A stretch of DNA of 64,000 nucleotides from a virus: positions 1 through 64,000 of IMG/VR virus record IMGVR_UViG_3300020183_000008; one strand, written 5' to 3'. The position numbers and the translations under genes are program-made. Positions 54,236 to 63,937 of this stretch are shown here, in pieces (position 1 is the stretch's first letter; each line of letters begins with the position of its first letter). Under the pieces are notes generated by a model, which ran no database searches, was not told the origin of the DNA, and saw nothing but the letters and a program-made list of their open reading frames with translations.

Positions 54236-54841
54236 ATGCTAAACGATTTTTTCCGTAAAGGCTTTTACACAAATTGTTTAGAAAAAACACATTGTGATGA
54301 AATGCTACACATAGTCCAGTCCATAAATTTTATAGAAAGCCTAGATTACAGAGATGTTGGTTACAAACCACCTCTTATTGCTGAATGGGATGATATCGAT
54401 GATCCCATCGTGTCTGCTCATAACTGCCAAGAAAACTTGAAAAAGTATTGGTTAAAATTCAAAGAATACCTAAAACCTTTAGAAAATATAGCGGGTAGAT
54501 TCGACTCCGGTTCTGTAATTGTCAATAACTTCCCAAAAGGTCACGGTATGAATTGGCATTCAGACACGGTTGACACAGCGTTTGTGCAAATGCTCATATA
54601 TTTGTCAAAAGATTATTTTGACAAAGATGATGGGGGTTATTTGCAAATAGGTGATAGTTTTATCCTACCTAATCATGCTACGATGGTCATTATGAACAAT
54701 ATCTCACCTACAATGTTACATAGGGTAGAGCCGCTCATCACAGAAAAAGAGCGATTGACCGTTGTCTTTCGATACGGGTACATGAACAACACCCTTACAA
54801 AAAAAAGGCTTCTCACCATGAAAGGTGAAATCCGTGATTGA
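54236..54841 (+). CDS. 2OG-Fe(II) oxygenase
   Basis: WHSD (HxD), IYLS...DGGYL, LHRVEP, ERLT. Confidence 0.85.
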   Translation: MLNDFFRKGFYTNCLEKTHCDEMLHIVQSINFIESLDYRDVGYKPPLIAEWDDIDDPIVSAHNCQENLKKYWLKFKEYLKPLENIAGRFDSGSVIVNNFPKGHGMNWHSDTVDTAFVQMLIYLSKDYFDKDDGGYLQIGDSFILPNHATMVIMNNISPTMLHRVEPLITEKERLTVVFRYGYMNNTLTKKRLLTMKGEIRD

Positions 54842-55439
54842 ATTGGATCTCACAAGTTACTTTCACAAAGGCTACACCGTTACCGATTTAGGATCGGATG
54901 TCGATGGAATCCTAGCTGATATGAGAAATCAAAATTGGGTTGAAAAAGATGACCTTTTGAAACCGGATTGGGACAATCATTCACATCTCAATAAAGCTAC
55001 TGATTATCTTTATGATGCTGTCAGAGATTTCTCTCAGTCCGGCTATTATTCGTGGTTCACGAAAATTTACGGTGGATTTACGCAGCGAACCATCATGGCG
55101 AGAAAATGGACAGGTCAAAGCACGAACTGGTTCAACGAATCTCGTCTAGGGGCATTCAACGCAAATATTCTCTTTCTCGGTAAAGGTGACCCGACCGTAA
55201 GCCTTCAAATCGGACAAGCCGATTGTGATGAAAATGGTCGAATCGAAGGTGTGATTGAGAATGTTTCAACAATTCACCCTAAACACGGAACACTGGTTAC
55301 CTTGTACAACATAAACCCTTGCGTTGTTCGAAGATTTTTGAACGAAGAAAACACAGGGGAATGGTATACTCTGCATTTCTATCTTGGATTTATTGAAAAC
55401 ACTCTGTTGAGAGAGGTTTCAGGTGTTCCACTTATTTAA
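54825..55439 (+). CDS. Degenerate 2OG-oxygenase-fold paralog
   Basis: Shares YFHKGYT, PKHGTLV..N and GFIENTL with the upstream gene, but has WFNE in place of WHSD and no distal His. Confidence 0.6.
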   Translation: MKSVIELDLTSYFHKGYTVTDLGSDVDGILADMRNQNWVEKDDLLKPDWDNHSHLNKATDYLYDAVRDFSQSGYYSWFTKIYGGFTQRTIMARKWTGQSTNWFNESRLGAFNANILFLGKGDPTVSLQIGQADCDENGRIEGVIENVSTIHPKHGTLVTLYNINPCVVRRFLNEENTGEWYTLHFYLGFIENTLLREVSGVPLI

Positions 55440-56364
55440 AAATACCTATCTCGACATTCAGGGTACATCCAATCCGACCGGTTTTAAGGCACTCTCAACT
55501 GATAATTTCACGATCAAAGATGTAGCTGCTTTAAAAAGTAACGAAAAAATAATTTATTCTGTACCGAAATTTACTTTCACAAAAATTGTGATCGAATACA
55601 TTAAAGAATTGTTCCCTAGTGCATACCCACCGTTGATCATGGAAATTTACGGGATTGTTATGGCGAGAATGACCTATCAGCTCGCCTACCTCACGGATAA
55701 TCAAACAAGAAACACTTATATTGATTGTAATCTTCCATCGGATTCAATAAAAGTTCTGTTGGAAATAACAAAATATAAAGGTTTATTTGAAGGTGATTTC
55801 AAAAGACATGTTGGTATAGAATGGTTACTTTGTGATTATTTCAATGATGGGATTTATTCAGATGAATTTCAAAAAAGATTTCGAGAACTTTTGGTAAAAA
55901 ATATTGTTTACTCGGTTCAAGAGATAAAACATGAAATGTTGTATAAAGTTTTTAATCTTCCGAAAATGTACTTGAACTATAACAACGTAGAAGAATTGTT
56001 TTCAAAAGATATCGGAGTCCAATTCTTATTCGACCCTAGCCTAAACAACGCGACTCACCTTATGACTCGATATAAGATCGAAGACATAGCGGATTTGTTT
56101 CATACATTTACCAAAATGTATAACAAGGGGTACGACAAAGCCAAATACCAAGAAATGACTCTTTTAAGTCTTTTCCTACTCAAAGCGATCTCTTGTTTAA
56201 AATCAGGGAATTGCGATGCGATGATGAAAGAAGAAATACAAAGAGATTTCTCTATTATTTTTGGACATCATCGATTCATGAGAAAAATCAATTGTCTTTT
56301 GATAGATTGGATTTACCAACAAAAAAGGCAAAAAAATAAAGAACTTGAAGTATTAATTCTTTAA
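55423..56364 (+). CDS. Hypothetical protein
   Basis: 313-aa ORF (MFHLFKNTYL), overlaps the upstream gene. Confidence 0.7.
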   Translation: MFHLFKNTYLDIQGTSNPTGFKALSTDNFTIKDVAALKSNEKIIYSVPKFTFTKIVIEYIKELFPSAYPPLIMEIYGIVMARMTYQLAYLTDNQTRNTYIDCNLPSDSIKVLLEITKYKGLFEGDFKRHVGIEWLLCDYFNDGIYSDEFQKRFRELLVKNIVYSVQEIKHEMLYKVFNLPKMYLNYNNVEELFSKDIGVQFLFDPSLNNATHLMTRYKIEDIADLFHTFTKMYNKGYDKAKYQEMTLLSLFLLKAISCLKSGNCDAMMKEEIQRDFSIIFGHHRFMRKINCLLIDWIYQQKRQKNKELEVLIL

Positions 56365-56979
56365 CTTTAATAATTTCGCAGGCACACCCACATAAACACC
56401 TGCTTGTGATAAGTCGGAAACGACTGCGCTTTGTGCACCTGTCGATACATCATCCGCGATCACGATTTCCTCGCGGATCGCCGTCCCTGTACCTAAAGTC
56501 ACATTCTTGCCAACAATTACATTACCTGAAACATGAGTGCCAGGATTAACGGTAACAAAATCACGCAAAACAGAATCATGCCCTACAGTGCAACTGATGT
56601 TTAAAACAACGTAGTCACCTATCGAGACATTTGTCGTTACGATGCAATTTGGAGCAATTATACCACCCACACCCAAAATAGCATCCTGAACTAAAGATTT
56701 GGGGTGGACATAGGTAGGTGCCGGTTTCAAACCAACTGAAAGAGCCTTTTCCACCATAACTCTTTTAGCGTTAGGACTTCCTATTCCGATGATAAATAAA
56801 TGCACACCGTATTCAGTAAAATCCCAATTTTTAACCACAGGATAAACTCTATTATTGAGTTTTAGTTCAGAGGTATCTGTAACATCATCTACAAAAATAA
56901 AGTCGGTGTATTGACCTTGTAAATGCCAATACACCTCTCGCGCTAAACCACCTGCACCTAGTATTACAATCTTGCTCAT
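56353..56979 (-). CDS. Sugar acetyltransferase, NeuD/PglD-like (hexapeptide left-handed beta-helix)
   Basis: ILGAGGLAREV, IGIGSP..KR, VHP, VGHDSV, GVPAK. Confidence 0.9.
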   Translation of the reverse strand: MSKIVILGAGGLAREVYWHLQGQYTDFIFVDDVTDTSELKLNNRVYPVVKNWDFTEYGVHLFIIGIGSPNAKRVMVEKALSVGLKPAPTYVHPKSLVQDAILGVGGIIAPNCIVTTNVSIGDYVVLNISCTVGHDSVLRDFVTVNPGTHVSGNVIVGKNVTLGTGTAIREEIVIADDVSTGAQSAVVSDLSQAGVYVGVPAKLLKLKN

Positions 56980-57014
56980 GAGACTAAGCTACCACGAGAA
57001 TAAACCACTGTCTA

Positions 57015-58370
57015 TCAGGCGTACCTTGCGGTGTTCGCAAGTTGAGCAACATCTGAAAAGAGGGCATAACGAGCGAAATTCAAACTATAAAGAGAAAAAT
57101 TGTCAAACCAGACCGTACCGGGATTCACATCCACAGCAATAACAGCGCGAACGAATCTAGCGTTTGCGGGGAATTGGTTGACGCTTCCCCCTTCATTACG
57201 GCAAAGATTTTGCGAATAACCATCAGCAAAAGTTGTCGCCGTAAAAGTAGTGCTGTTTAGCAACCAATATTCCTGATTCGCCGCAGGAGTGATATAATTC
57301 AAATCCTTATCATAAAAACGGCACCCTACACGAATGGTGCCTGTGCCACCGTTCACGCGAGTTTGAACTACACCACCAATCCCTTGAGTGGGGGATGCTG
57401 GGAAATGAGACCTAGCGTGAACATTCGAAAGAGAACCATCGCTAACATTTAAGGTATCTACTGTCGCTTCCCAAATGCCTGTGCCAGTAATCGAATACGT
57501 TCCAAAACCCATTGCAGAAGTAGATGAACTATCAAATGAAAGAGTTCCTGAACCTGAAACTCTTCTCCAAAAATTCACGCACGCTTGCTTGTTCGCCCAA
57601 TTTATTGGAGTGAGCGTAAAAGGGGTATTTGTTACGACTTGAGTGAAATTTAAATAAATAGTTGTTGTAGAAATCGCATGACCTACTGTGACAACATAAC
57701 CGTTCAAAGGACGCACGTTTGTAATCGCACCGGCTGTCGTGCTTAAAAAATAATTTTGACCTGCGTTCAAACCAGTCGTAGGAGCAAGACCTGAGAAATA
57801 AACATCCCCTGTGCTACCTGAAACATTCTGAATCATACCGAGAGCGAATTGGTTTACACTCGTAGCACCTACAGGAACGTATGCACCTGCTCCAGACAAA
57901 GCAGTGGGATCCCATCTTACGATTTGTCCATTGGAACAACCCGATTGAGATTGAGAACGACGAATATCAGGATTTGCTTCTTCAGTACGAAGATTTACAA
58001 GAAGGGTCGTCTCGTTCAAAGCAACACCAACGGTAATTACCAATCCATGCTCAGGTCTTGTTGATGTGATAGATCCAGCGGAAGACTGACTGAGATAATA
58101 AATAGTTCCCGCTACAAGTCCGGAATACCCCGTAATTCGACCATCTTGTACGATCAAATCACCCGTACCACCATTTACGTTGACAACAACACCTGCGGCT
58201 TGCGCGTTCGTGAAATTGTTAGCTTGCGCAGGTACATAGGCAGAACCATTAAATCGAACAACTTGCCCGCTAGTCACACCAGAAATGGGTACATCCAACA
58301 AGTACGCTGTATTTACGCGCTCGTCATCACCTCTAACCCAGTATATTGTACTTCTCGGAATCCGTGGCAT
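57015..58370 (-). CDS. Virion structural protein with two tandem beta-domains and a C-terminal CBM-like domain
   Basis: GLVAGTIYYLS...AGSITSTRP / GLNAGQNYFLS..AGAITNVRP; VWFDNFSL; downstream of the baseplate genes. Confidence 0.65.
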   Translation of the reverse strand: MPRIPRSTIYWVRGDDERVNTAYLLDVPISGVTSGQVVRFNGSAYVPAQANNFTNAQAAGVVVNVNGGTGDLIVQDGRITGYSGLVAGTIYYLSQSSAGSITSTRPEHGLVITVGVALNETTLLVNLRTEEANPDIRRSQSQSGCSNGQIVRWDPTALSGAGAYVPVGATSVNQFALGMIQNVSGSTGDVYFSGLAPTTGLNAGQNYFLSTTAGAITNVRPLNGYVVTVGHAISTTTIYLNFTQVVTNTPFTLTPINWANKQACVNFWRRVSGSGTLSFDSSSTSAMGFGTYSITGTGIWEATVDTLNVSDGSLSNVHARSHFPASPTQGIGGVVQTRVNGGTGTIRVGCRFYDKDLNYITPAANQEYWLLNSTTFTATTFADGYSQNLCRNEGGSVNQFPANARFVRAVIAVDVNPGTVWFDNFSLYSLNFARYALFSDVAQLANTARYA

Positions 58371-58395
58371 AAAAACCTCAATTATTAGGCATTTA

Positions 58396-60432
58396 TCAAA
58401 TTGTATTGCAGGTCACAGAAACGGATCCCAAAAGAGGTAACCCTGTCATATAATCTTTGTGCCCCGCTGGACCGTTATTCACAACACCCCCTTGAGCCAA
58501 ACTTCCAATTTTAACCAAAGGAGCATTCAACTCAATTTGTAATGCTTTCAAACTCAATCTTAATGCAGATAAGTTCATTACCCCAGCGAGAGTCGAAATC
58601 GTTACATTTCCAACCAAAGTTTTCAAATCTATGTTCCCTACACCCACCTGAACTTTGAAATTACCCACACCAATTTTAGTTTCTCGCTTACCGAGAAGAA
58701 TATCTTCGGTGATGGTACCTGCTAACATTTTCGTTTTTTTACTACCTAAGAGCATTTCTAGTTCTTTATTACCTAATAGAATTCTCTCGAAATCAGCAGT
58801 CGTACTACCTTTCGTTACGTTCGGGCTTGCAATCACCACCCTCCTACCAAAACCGATGTTGGTCTGTTGGTCGAGAGTGATGTTTTCACGCAACCCACCA
58901 CCGTAATTGTTGCTTTTATCTTCAACAAAGTTGTCTACTTTTTTACCCAAGACACGATGCTCTAGTTTACCATTTACTTGAACAATTTCATCGCCTCGTA
59001 TTTCAGTATACCGACTACCCTCGATGACCATATCTACGTTGCCCGCTAAACGTATTCTAGCTGCATTTCTTTGTGTATCTGTACCTGCAACCTCAAGATT
59101 CAAACCTTTTTCTAACAACAAGTCGAGAGATCTACTGCGGGTACTTTCCGCACCGAAACGCATCCGTACACCACCCTCGGTATCCAACAACAGGCTCCGA
59201 CCATCTGATGATTGTTTTCCGATAACCATCTTCAGTGAACCGAGTAAACCTATGTTCGCTGATCTTCCTGAGCCCATAGGATAGATCGCGGAAGACCTGT
59301 CTAATGAAAACTCTAGTACGCCCTCTTTGTTAAACGACAAACTTGTTTTTGTGTTCGGTAGTTTTACTTGAAAAGCAGTTGCTTGTTTTTCATCACCGTT
59401 GATACCGTTTGAAGTTTCGACAGGTATATCATCGGTGATTATGTCTTTTCTATTGTCAGAAGAAAACACAACGGATCTTAAAATTTTTCCGTATTTGTAT
59501 TTCCCTTCTTTGGAAATGGGATCGTTCCCTACCAAAGTACCGAGAGAAAAAGATACTAAAGGTTTTTTTACAATTCCATCTTTGTCGGATCCTGAACCTG
59601 AAATCAAAGGATCTTGGTTTGAATAAACAGATTCTTCAGGCGCACCTACGCTATCATCAGCGGTTTCTAATAAATCAAGTCTAAACTCAGTGAATGATTT
59701 TACTCCCGCAGCTCCGTATGGAGACTCACCATAAGGAAAGTTGAGATGCTTCGGTGAATTTGTAACTCTGAAAAACTTTCTTCCATCTGCAAGATATCGA
59801 ACAGCAGGGTTAAATTGATTTGAGAACTCAGGATGATCGATCAACTCATTTCTATGGATTAAACCAAAATTTAAGCGCCCTGCTTTTGAATTCAAAGTTT
59901 GATTTACAGCAAGAAACGACATCACGTTTGAAAAACTGTCGAGATTTATTTCATTAAAACTAGAATCTTGGAGGAAAATAGACCTGTCTATGCGAACATC
60001 AGAACCATGTTTAGATGAAATCAGAAACTCACCTGGATATAGCTTCCACTGCTTTAATCGTGAAAGAAGCCGCAAATTATCAGCATCCGAGATATTCGTG
60101 CTGCGTAACCTAAAAGGGTCAAAAAGATAAGAAAAATAAGGAGAAACGGGCAGGAATCCCTCAACAATCGGCAGACCCTCACCAACCGTATTATGCATGT
60201 AAGAAACAATCGCGATTGAACCTTCAGTAGGCATACCTCCCATAAAGGAACCTACAAAAGAATTCATGTTCGAGAAAGGCACGGCTGTGCTGAAAGCATC
60301 CGCATCCAAAAAACGAATATCAACGGTCATCCTAAAATAGTCTACCCGAATGACCTCAGCGTATCTTTTTCTTTGTGAATCTACTTTATTTTTGAAATTG
60401 GAATAAGGTTTTCTATCAAACTTAGACATCAA
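58396..60432 (-). CDS. Baseplate central spike (gp5/gpV/VgrG-like)
   Basis: N-terminal OB-like AEVIRVD...MPTEGSIAIV; C-terminal beta-helix-like repeats (IEGSRYTEIRGDEIVQVNG). Confidence 0.65.
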   Translation of the reverse strand: MMSKFDRKPYSNFKNKVDSQRKRYAEVIRVDYFRMTVDIRFLDADAFSTAVPFSNMNSFVGSFMGGMPTEGSIAIVSYMHNTVGEGLPIVEGFLPVSPYFSYLFDPFRLRSTNISDADNLRLLSRLKQWKLYPGEFLISSKHGSDVRIDRSIFLQDSSFNEINLDSFSNVMSFLAVNQTLNSKAGRLNFGLIHRNELIDHPEFSNQFNPAVRYLADGRKFFRVTNSPKHLNFPYGESPYGAAGVKSFTEFRLDLLETADDSVGAPEESVYSNQDPLISGSGSDKDGIVKKPLVSFSLGTLVGNDPISKEGKYKYGKILRSVVFSSDNRKDIITDDIPVETSNGINGDEKQATAFQVKLPNTKTSLSFNKEGVLEFSLDRSSAIYPMGSGRSANIGLLGSLKMVIGKQSSDGRSLLLDTEGGVRMRFGAESTRSRSLDLLLEKGLNLEVAGTDTQRNAARIRLAGNVDMVIEGSRYTEIRGDEIVQVNGKLEHRVLGKKVDNFVEDKSNNYGGGLRENITLDQQTNIGFGRRVVIASPNVTKGSTTADFERILLGNKELEMLLGSKKTKMLAGTITEDILLGKRETKIGVGNFKVQVGVGNIDLKTLVGNVTISTLAGVMNLSALRLSLKALQIELNAPLVKIGSLAQGGVVNNGPAGHKDYMTGLPLLGSVSVTCNTI

Positions 60433-62618
60433 TTTTTACCTTTTCCAGAAGTATTGTTCTTCGCAGATGAGGGGGATGCGTTAGCTATTGTACCTGATTT
60501 GTCTCTACTAGATTTATTTTTAGTCTTCGTTGGAGATGGTACATCTTTTCTTTCCGCAGTCGGAGTCATGTTAGAGAGTTTTCTTGTAATTGTTAATCTT
60601 TGATTTGATGTATCTAAATTCAAAGAAGTTTTCTTAGGCTGAATCTGACCTTTTGAATCTAGTAGAAGATTTGATCCATAAGATATAACACCAACTAAAT
60701 CATAACCATCGGTGTCAGTGATGGGTTGAACCCCTGAGTTGAAAAAATCTCCATCAGAAGTTCTAGCTTTAGTCACTTGTCTTCTTTGGTTCATTTTCGT
60801 GCCTGTGCCCTTGATTTTATTGGCACTTTCTAAGGACTGCTTTTCGTTTGATAACTCATCATAATCTAGCTTATTTAACTGCGCTTGATTTGATGTCGTG
60901 CTCGGTCTCATGACCATGTTAGGACCGTACGGGCTTTTATATCGGAACGCTTCTAATGTAAGAGTCGTTCTCGCTGAACTACCGAAAGATAAGCTATGGC
61001 TAATTCCAGTGACATACGCGAAACAATTTTTCTCTTCGAAATAAATAGGGTAACCCAATTTTATCTCTGGAGTCAGAGGAATAGTAATTGAACCTGTCAT
61101 TCTTCTTGCATTGTGTCTATCCATTTCGTTCTGAGCGTATATTGCAAGAAGTTTTGATTGGTCAGACTCTTTAAATGAACCCACCATCTGTAAATCAGTT
61201 GTTTGCGCTCGAATACCGTATTTTTCAGCTAGTCGAGCATCAAAAGCGACACCGACATGTTGAATCTCTCCCGCTGTAGAAAATTCTTGCGTCAAAGATC
61301 CACGTACCGAAAAAAGCGTGAAAACATCATCCGATTCATCAATAGAGAAATCAAATATATCTTCATCTTTAATAACAAAAGGTCTATATGCTCGAACATC
61401 GATGTTGAAAAAAGGAGGCTTAAATACTATTTGACCATCGAGAGACATATAAAATTCATAGCCGATGTAATCTTTACAGGTTGTCGCGATGTCAAATAAT
61501 GAACTGAAAGATGAATTATCGACGGTATCAATATCAGCTATTTGACCATAAGGTGCAGCATTATCGATGAGTTGCTGCATCATCCTATCCAACCCAGAGT
61601 TATCAAAAGATGTTGATACTGATGCATCGACCGCATCATCGACATCTCTTAAACTCTGTGAAATAGATGATGCACCTTCAGTGCCTAGAACAACTGATTG
61701 AGACTTACTGTCTTTTCTGCTTTCAAGCTGAATGTTTGCCGATCGAAACTCAGATGCGTTTACTTTATCCTGAGGGTCTAAACGATTTTTTTGTTTGTTT
61801 AATTGTTCACCTCGGCTACCCTTATAACCAAAAATGATCAAATCAATAAAATTCGTATCATTGTTTTGGTCTAACCCAAACCTCTTAGTCCAATAATCAG
61901 CCAAAATATCATTCTGAAGATTTACCAAATCTTTTTTTGAAATTGGTTCATAGGTAGTAGACCTAAGAGCGCCGGTAAAAGATATTGTATTGAATGTTTC
62001 TGGGACGAAAGCTGCATTTATTGGAGTACCATCAGGAGATTTTCTTTGACCCCCGAACGCAAAATTGACTATCTCTTTGATAATTTCTTTTGGATTTTTT
62101 TTCTTAAAAACACCCACATACGGAACTGATGCAGCCCCCGTGTTTTCCATAGCCAAAACACTAGGACGTAAATTCATTTTTGTTATCTGCATCCAATAAA
62201 GCATATCAACACACTGAATTGAAAGAGTGTGTGTTTCACCTGAATAACTTTCATTGACAGACCTAACTATACCATGAAACTGCTGATAAGGTGGGGGTAA
62301 TTCAAGAACACCAGAAGAATTGACCGTGTGGAATCGACCTTTTAAGAAAATCTTAACTTCCATCATAGGTTTTATGATCGTTTGACCATCGGAAAAATAC
62401 TTTGAATACTCGCTTCTAGGCACTGATATTTCAAAAGACGCTGATGCAGGTGGAGCATCCACGTTTCCATTGATAGATAAGTTTGTTATATCATCGTTGA
62501 AATTTACACGCTCACCTTTTGAAGACTCAATATAACTTAACTGATTGATTAAAATGAAACCATCTGGCGCATATCTTTGCACTATCTTATGGGTATAAGT
62601 TTGCTTCAGATGTTTCAT
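60429..62618 (-). CDS. Baseplate hub-like protein (gp27/gpD-like)
   Basis: IKPMMEVKIF, YEFYMSLDGQIVFKPPFFN, KYGIR, PEIKLGYPI, YVTGISHSLSFG...TTLTL. Confidence 0.7.
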   Translation of the reverse strand: MKHLKQTYTHKIVQRYAPDGFILINQLSYIESSKGERVNFNDDITNLSINGNVDAPPASASFEISVPRSEYSKYFSDGQTIIKPMMEVKIFLKGRFHTVNSSGVLELPPPYQQFHGIVRSVNESYSGETHTLSIQCVDMLYWMQITKMNLRPSVLAMENTGAASVPYVGVFKKKNPKEIIKEIVNFAFGGQRKSPDGTPINAAFVPETFNTISFTGALRSTTYEPISKKDLVNLQNDILADYWTKRFGLDQNNDTNFIDLIIFGYKGSRGEQLNKQKNRLDPQDKVNASEFRSANIQLESRKDSKSQSVVLGTEGASSISQSLRDVDDAVDASVSTSFDNSGLDRMMQQLIDNAAPYGQIADIDTVDNSSFSSLFDIATTCKDYIGYEFYMSLDGQIVFKPPFFNIDVRAYRPFVIKDEDIFDFSIDESDDVFTLFSVRGSLTQEFSTAGEIQHVGVAFDARLAEKYGIRAQTTDLQMVGSFKESDQSKLLAIYAQNEMDRHNARRMTGSITIPLTPEIKLGYPIYFEEKNCFAYVTGISHSLSFGSSARTTLTLEAFRYKSPYGPNMVMRPSTTSNQAQLNKLDYDELSNEKQSLESANKIKGTGTKMNQRRQVTKARTSDGDFFNSGVQPITDTDGYDLVGVISYGSNLLLDSKGQIQPKKTSLNLDTSNQRLTITRKLSNMTPTAERKDVPSPTKTKNKSSRDKSGTIANASPSSAKNNTSGKGKN

Positions 62619-63937
62619 CCGTTTGACCTGCTCTTCTGTTTAGAGACAAAATCCAAAATGTAGCTCATCTTTGCGTTTTCATTTGAAGGAAGATTCGCGT
62701 AAAACTGTTCGGCTTCTTCAGCATCACGAAAATCCACCTTGAGACTCGCTCTTGCGTTATTAGAACCACCAGCTTGATATATAAAAGGTTTGGTTGAATC
62801 TCTTTTGCCTAAAGCTGAAACTAGAGTAGGAAACAGAGTCTCTTTTGGATTCTCGAAAACAGTTTTATTAGGTTCAGTGAATAGTGCATTTTGACTCGAT
62901 TTTGGAGATTCCCCTGAAGCTCTGAGAGCGGCTTCTATCGCACTAAACTCATCGGCAACGTAATTTGATTGATCTGTCAAATTATTCGCTGATATTCCTG
63001 TATCTACTTCACGATGATTACTCGATGACACACCCATTAAATCAAAAAGACTTACAATCGAGCTACAGTTAAAAGTAAAGCTGTAGTTCAATGTAAAAGG
63101 ATTTTCAGCATCTTCTGTTATTTCAAAAGATTCAAAATTACCGATGAAAATATCCTCAGCGTAAATTATGATTATATGACCTACATCAAGTATTCTGTTT
63201 CTACTTGAGGGAACCACATCTTCACCGTAAGATGTACCTACAACACATCCGTTGTTTTTGTATATTTGGACAAGGTTCATGAAGTTTGTGTATGATGCGG
63301 CTTGCCATCGTTCTAATCGAGTCAAACCTGTCTCAGCAGTGTAAAAACCGCTAATAACACCGCTCGCTGAAATCTGCTCAAGGTCATCGCCCCAACGCTC
63401 GGTCTTTATACCATTTCTCGTCCAAATGTTTTGCTGAACTTTTGATACGCTTCGTGACCAAGAAGAGGGGTTAACGAAAAGCATCAAATCTTGTGGAGGT
63501 GTTTTTTTAGCTGTTGCTGGGAGCGCGACCTTAAAAACCATAGGGAAAATAGGTGCTTTTGATGCAAATACAGGGGTGAGTGATTTTGCTTTTCTGTCAG
63601 CCTGCCAAACATCTAAGGTGTCTAGCTGTGTAAAAATAGCATCATTAGAAAGAACTACAGGGATAGAATCTGTATTTCCATCGAAATTAGGATCGTAGGT
63701 TTTAGGTGGTTTGTTTCTTGGGTCTAAGTTATTTTTGTATTGGTTTATCAAATCACCATAATTACTTACAGTATCATTCGTGTAAATATCAGAAGCAAAA
63801 CTTTTTGCTTCACCGATTACATCCGAATTGAATTTACTTAACGACCCTTTTCGGTCATCTAAATATTTTTGAAGTTTGTTCGTTGAAGATTGAAGGTCAC
63901 TCGCTGAACTGACTAAAGATTGACTGATTTTACTCAT
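62615..63937 (-). CDS. Tail tube / baseplate-related protein
   Basis: LFVNPSSW...TRNG...WGDDL..ISASG; GNFESFEITEDAENPFTLNYSFTF. Confidence 0.6.
   Translation of the reverse strand: MSKISQSLVSSASDLQSSTNKLQKYLDDRKGSLSKFNSDVIGEAKSFASDIYTNDTVSNYGDLINQYKNNLDPRNKPPKTYDPNFDGNTDSIPVVLSNDAIFTQLDTLDVWQADRKAKSLTPVFASKAPIFPMVFKVALPATAKKTPPQDLMLFVNPSSWSRSVSKVQQNIWTRNGIKTERWGDDLEQISASGVISGFYTAETGLTRLERWQAASYTNFMNLVQIYKNNGCVVGTSYGEDVVPSSRNRILDVGHIIIIYAEDIFIGNFESFEITEDAENPFTLNYSFTFNCSSIVSLFDLMGVSSSNHREVDTGISANNLTDQSNYVADEFSAIEAALRASGESPKSSQNALFTEPNKTVFENPKETLFPTLVSALGKRDSTKPFIYQAGGSNNARASLKVDFRDAEEAEQFYANLPSNENAKMSYILDFVSKQKSRSNG

Noticed and set aside
29397-55439. 2OG oxygenases acting as prolyl hydroxylases for the giant collagen
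   Set aside because: The collagen has very little Pro, and the Pro I saw was mostly in the X position, so hydroxyproline stabilisation is unlikely.
19891-63937. Short antisense or nested ORFs (e.g. 19891-20256, 26153-26422, 35726-35923, 43229-43516, 49515-49763, 58655-58906)
   Set aside because: They are overlapped by longer motif-bearing genes and have no recognisable features.
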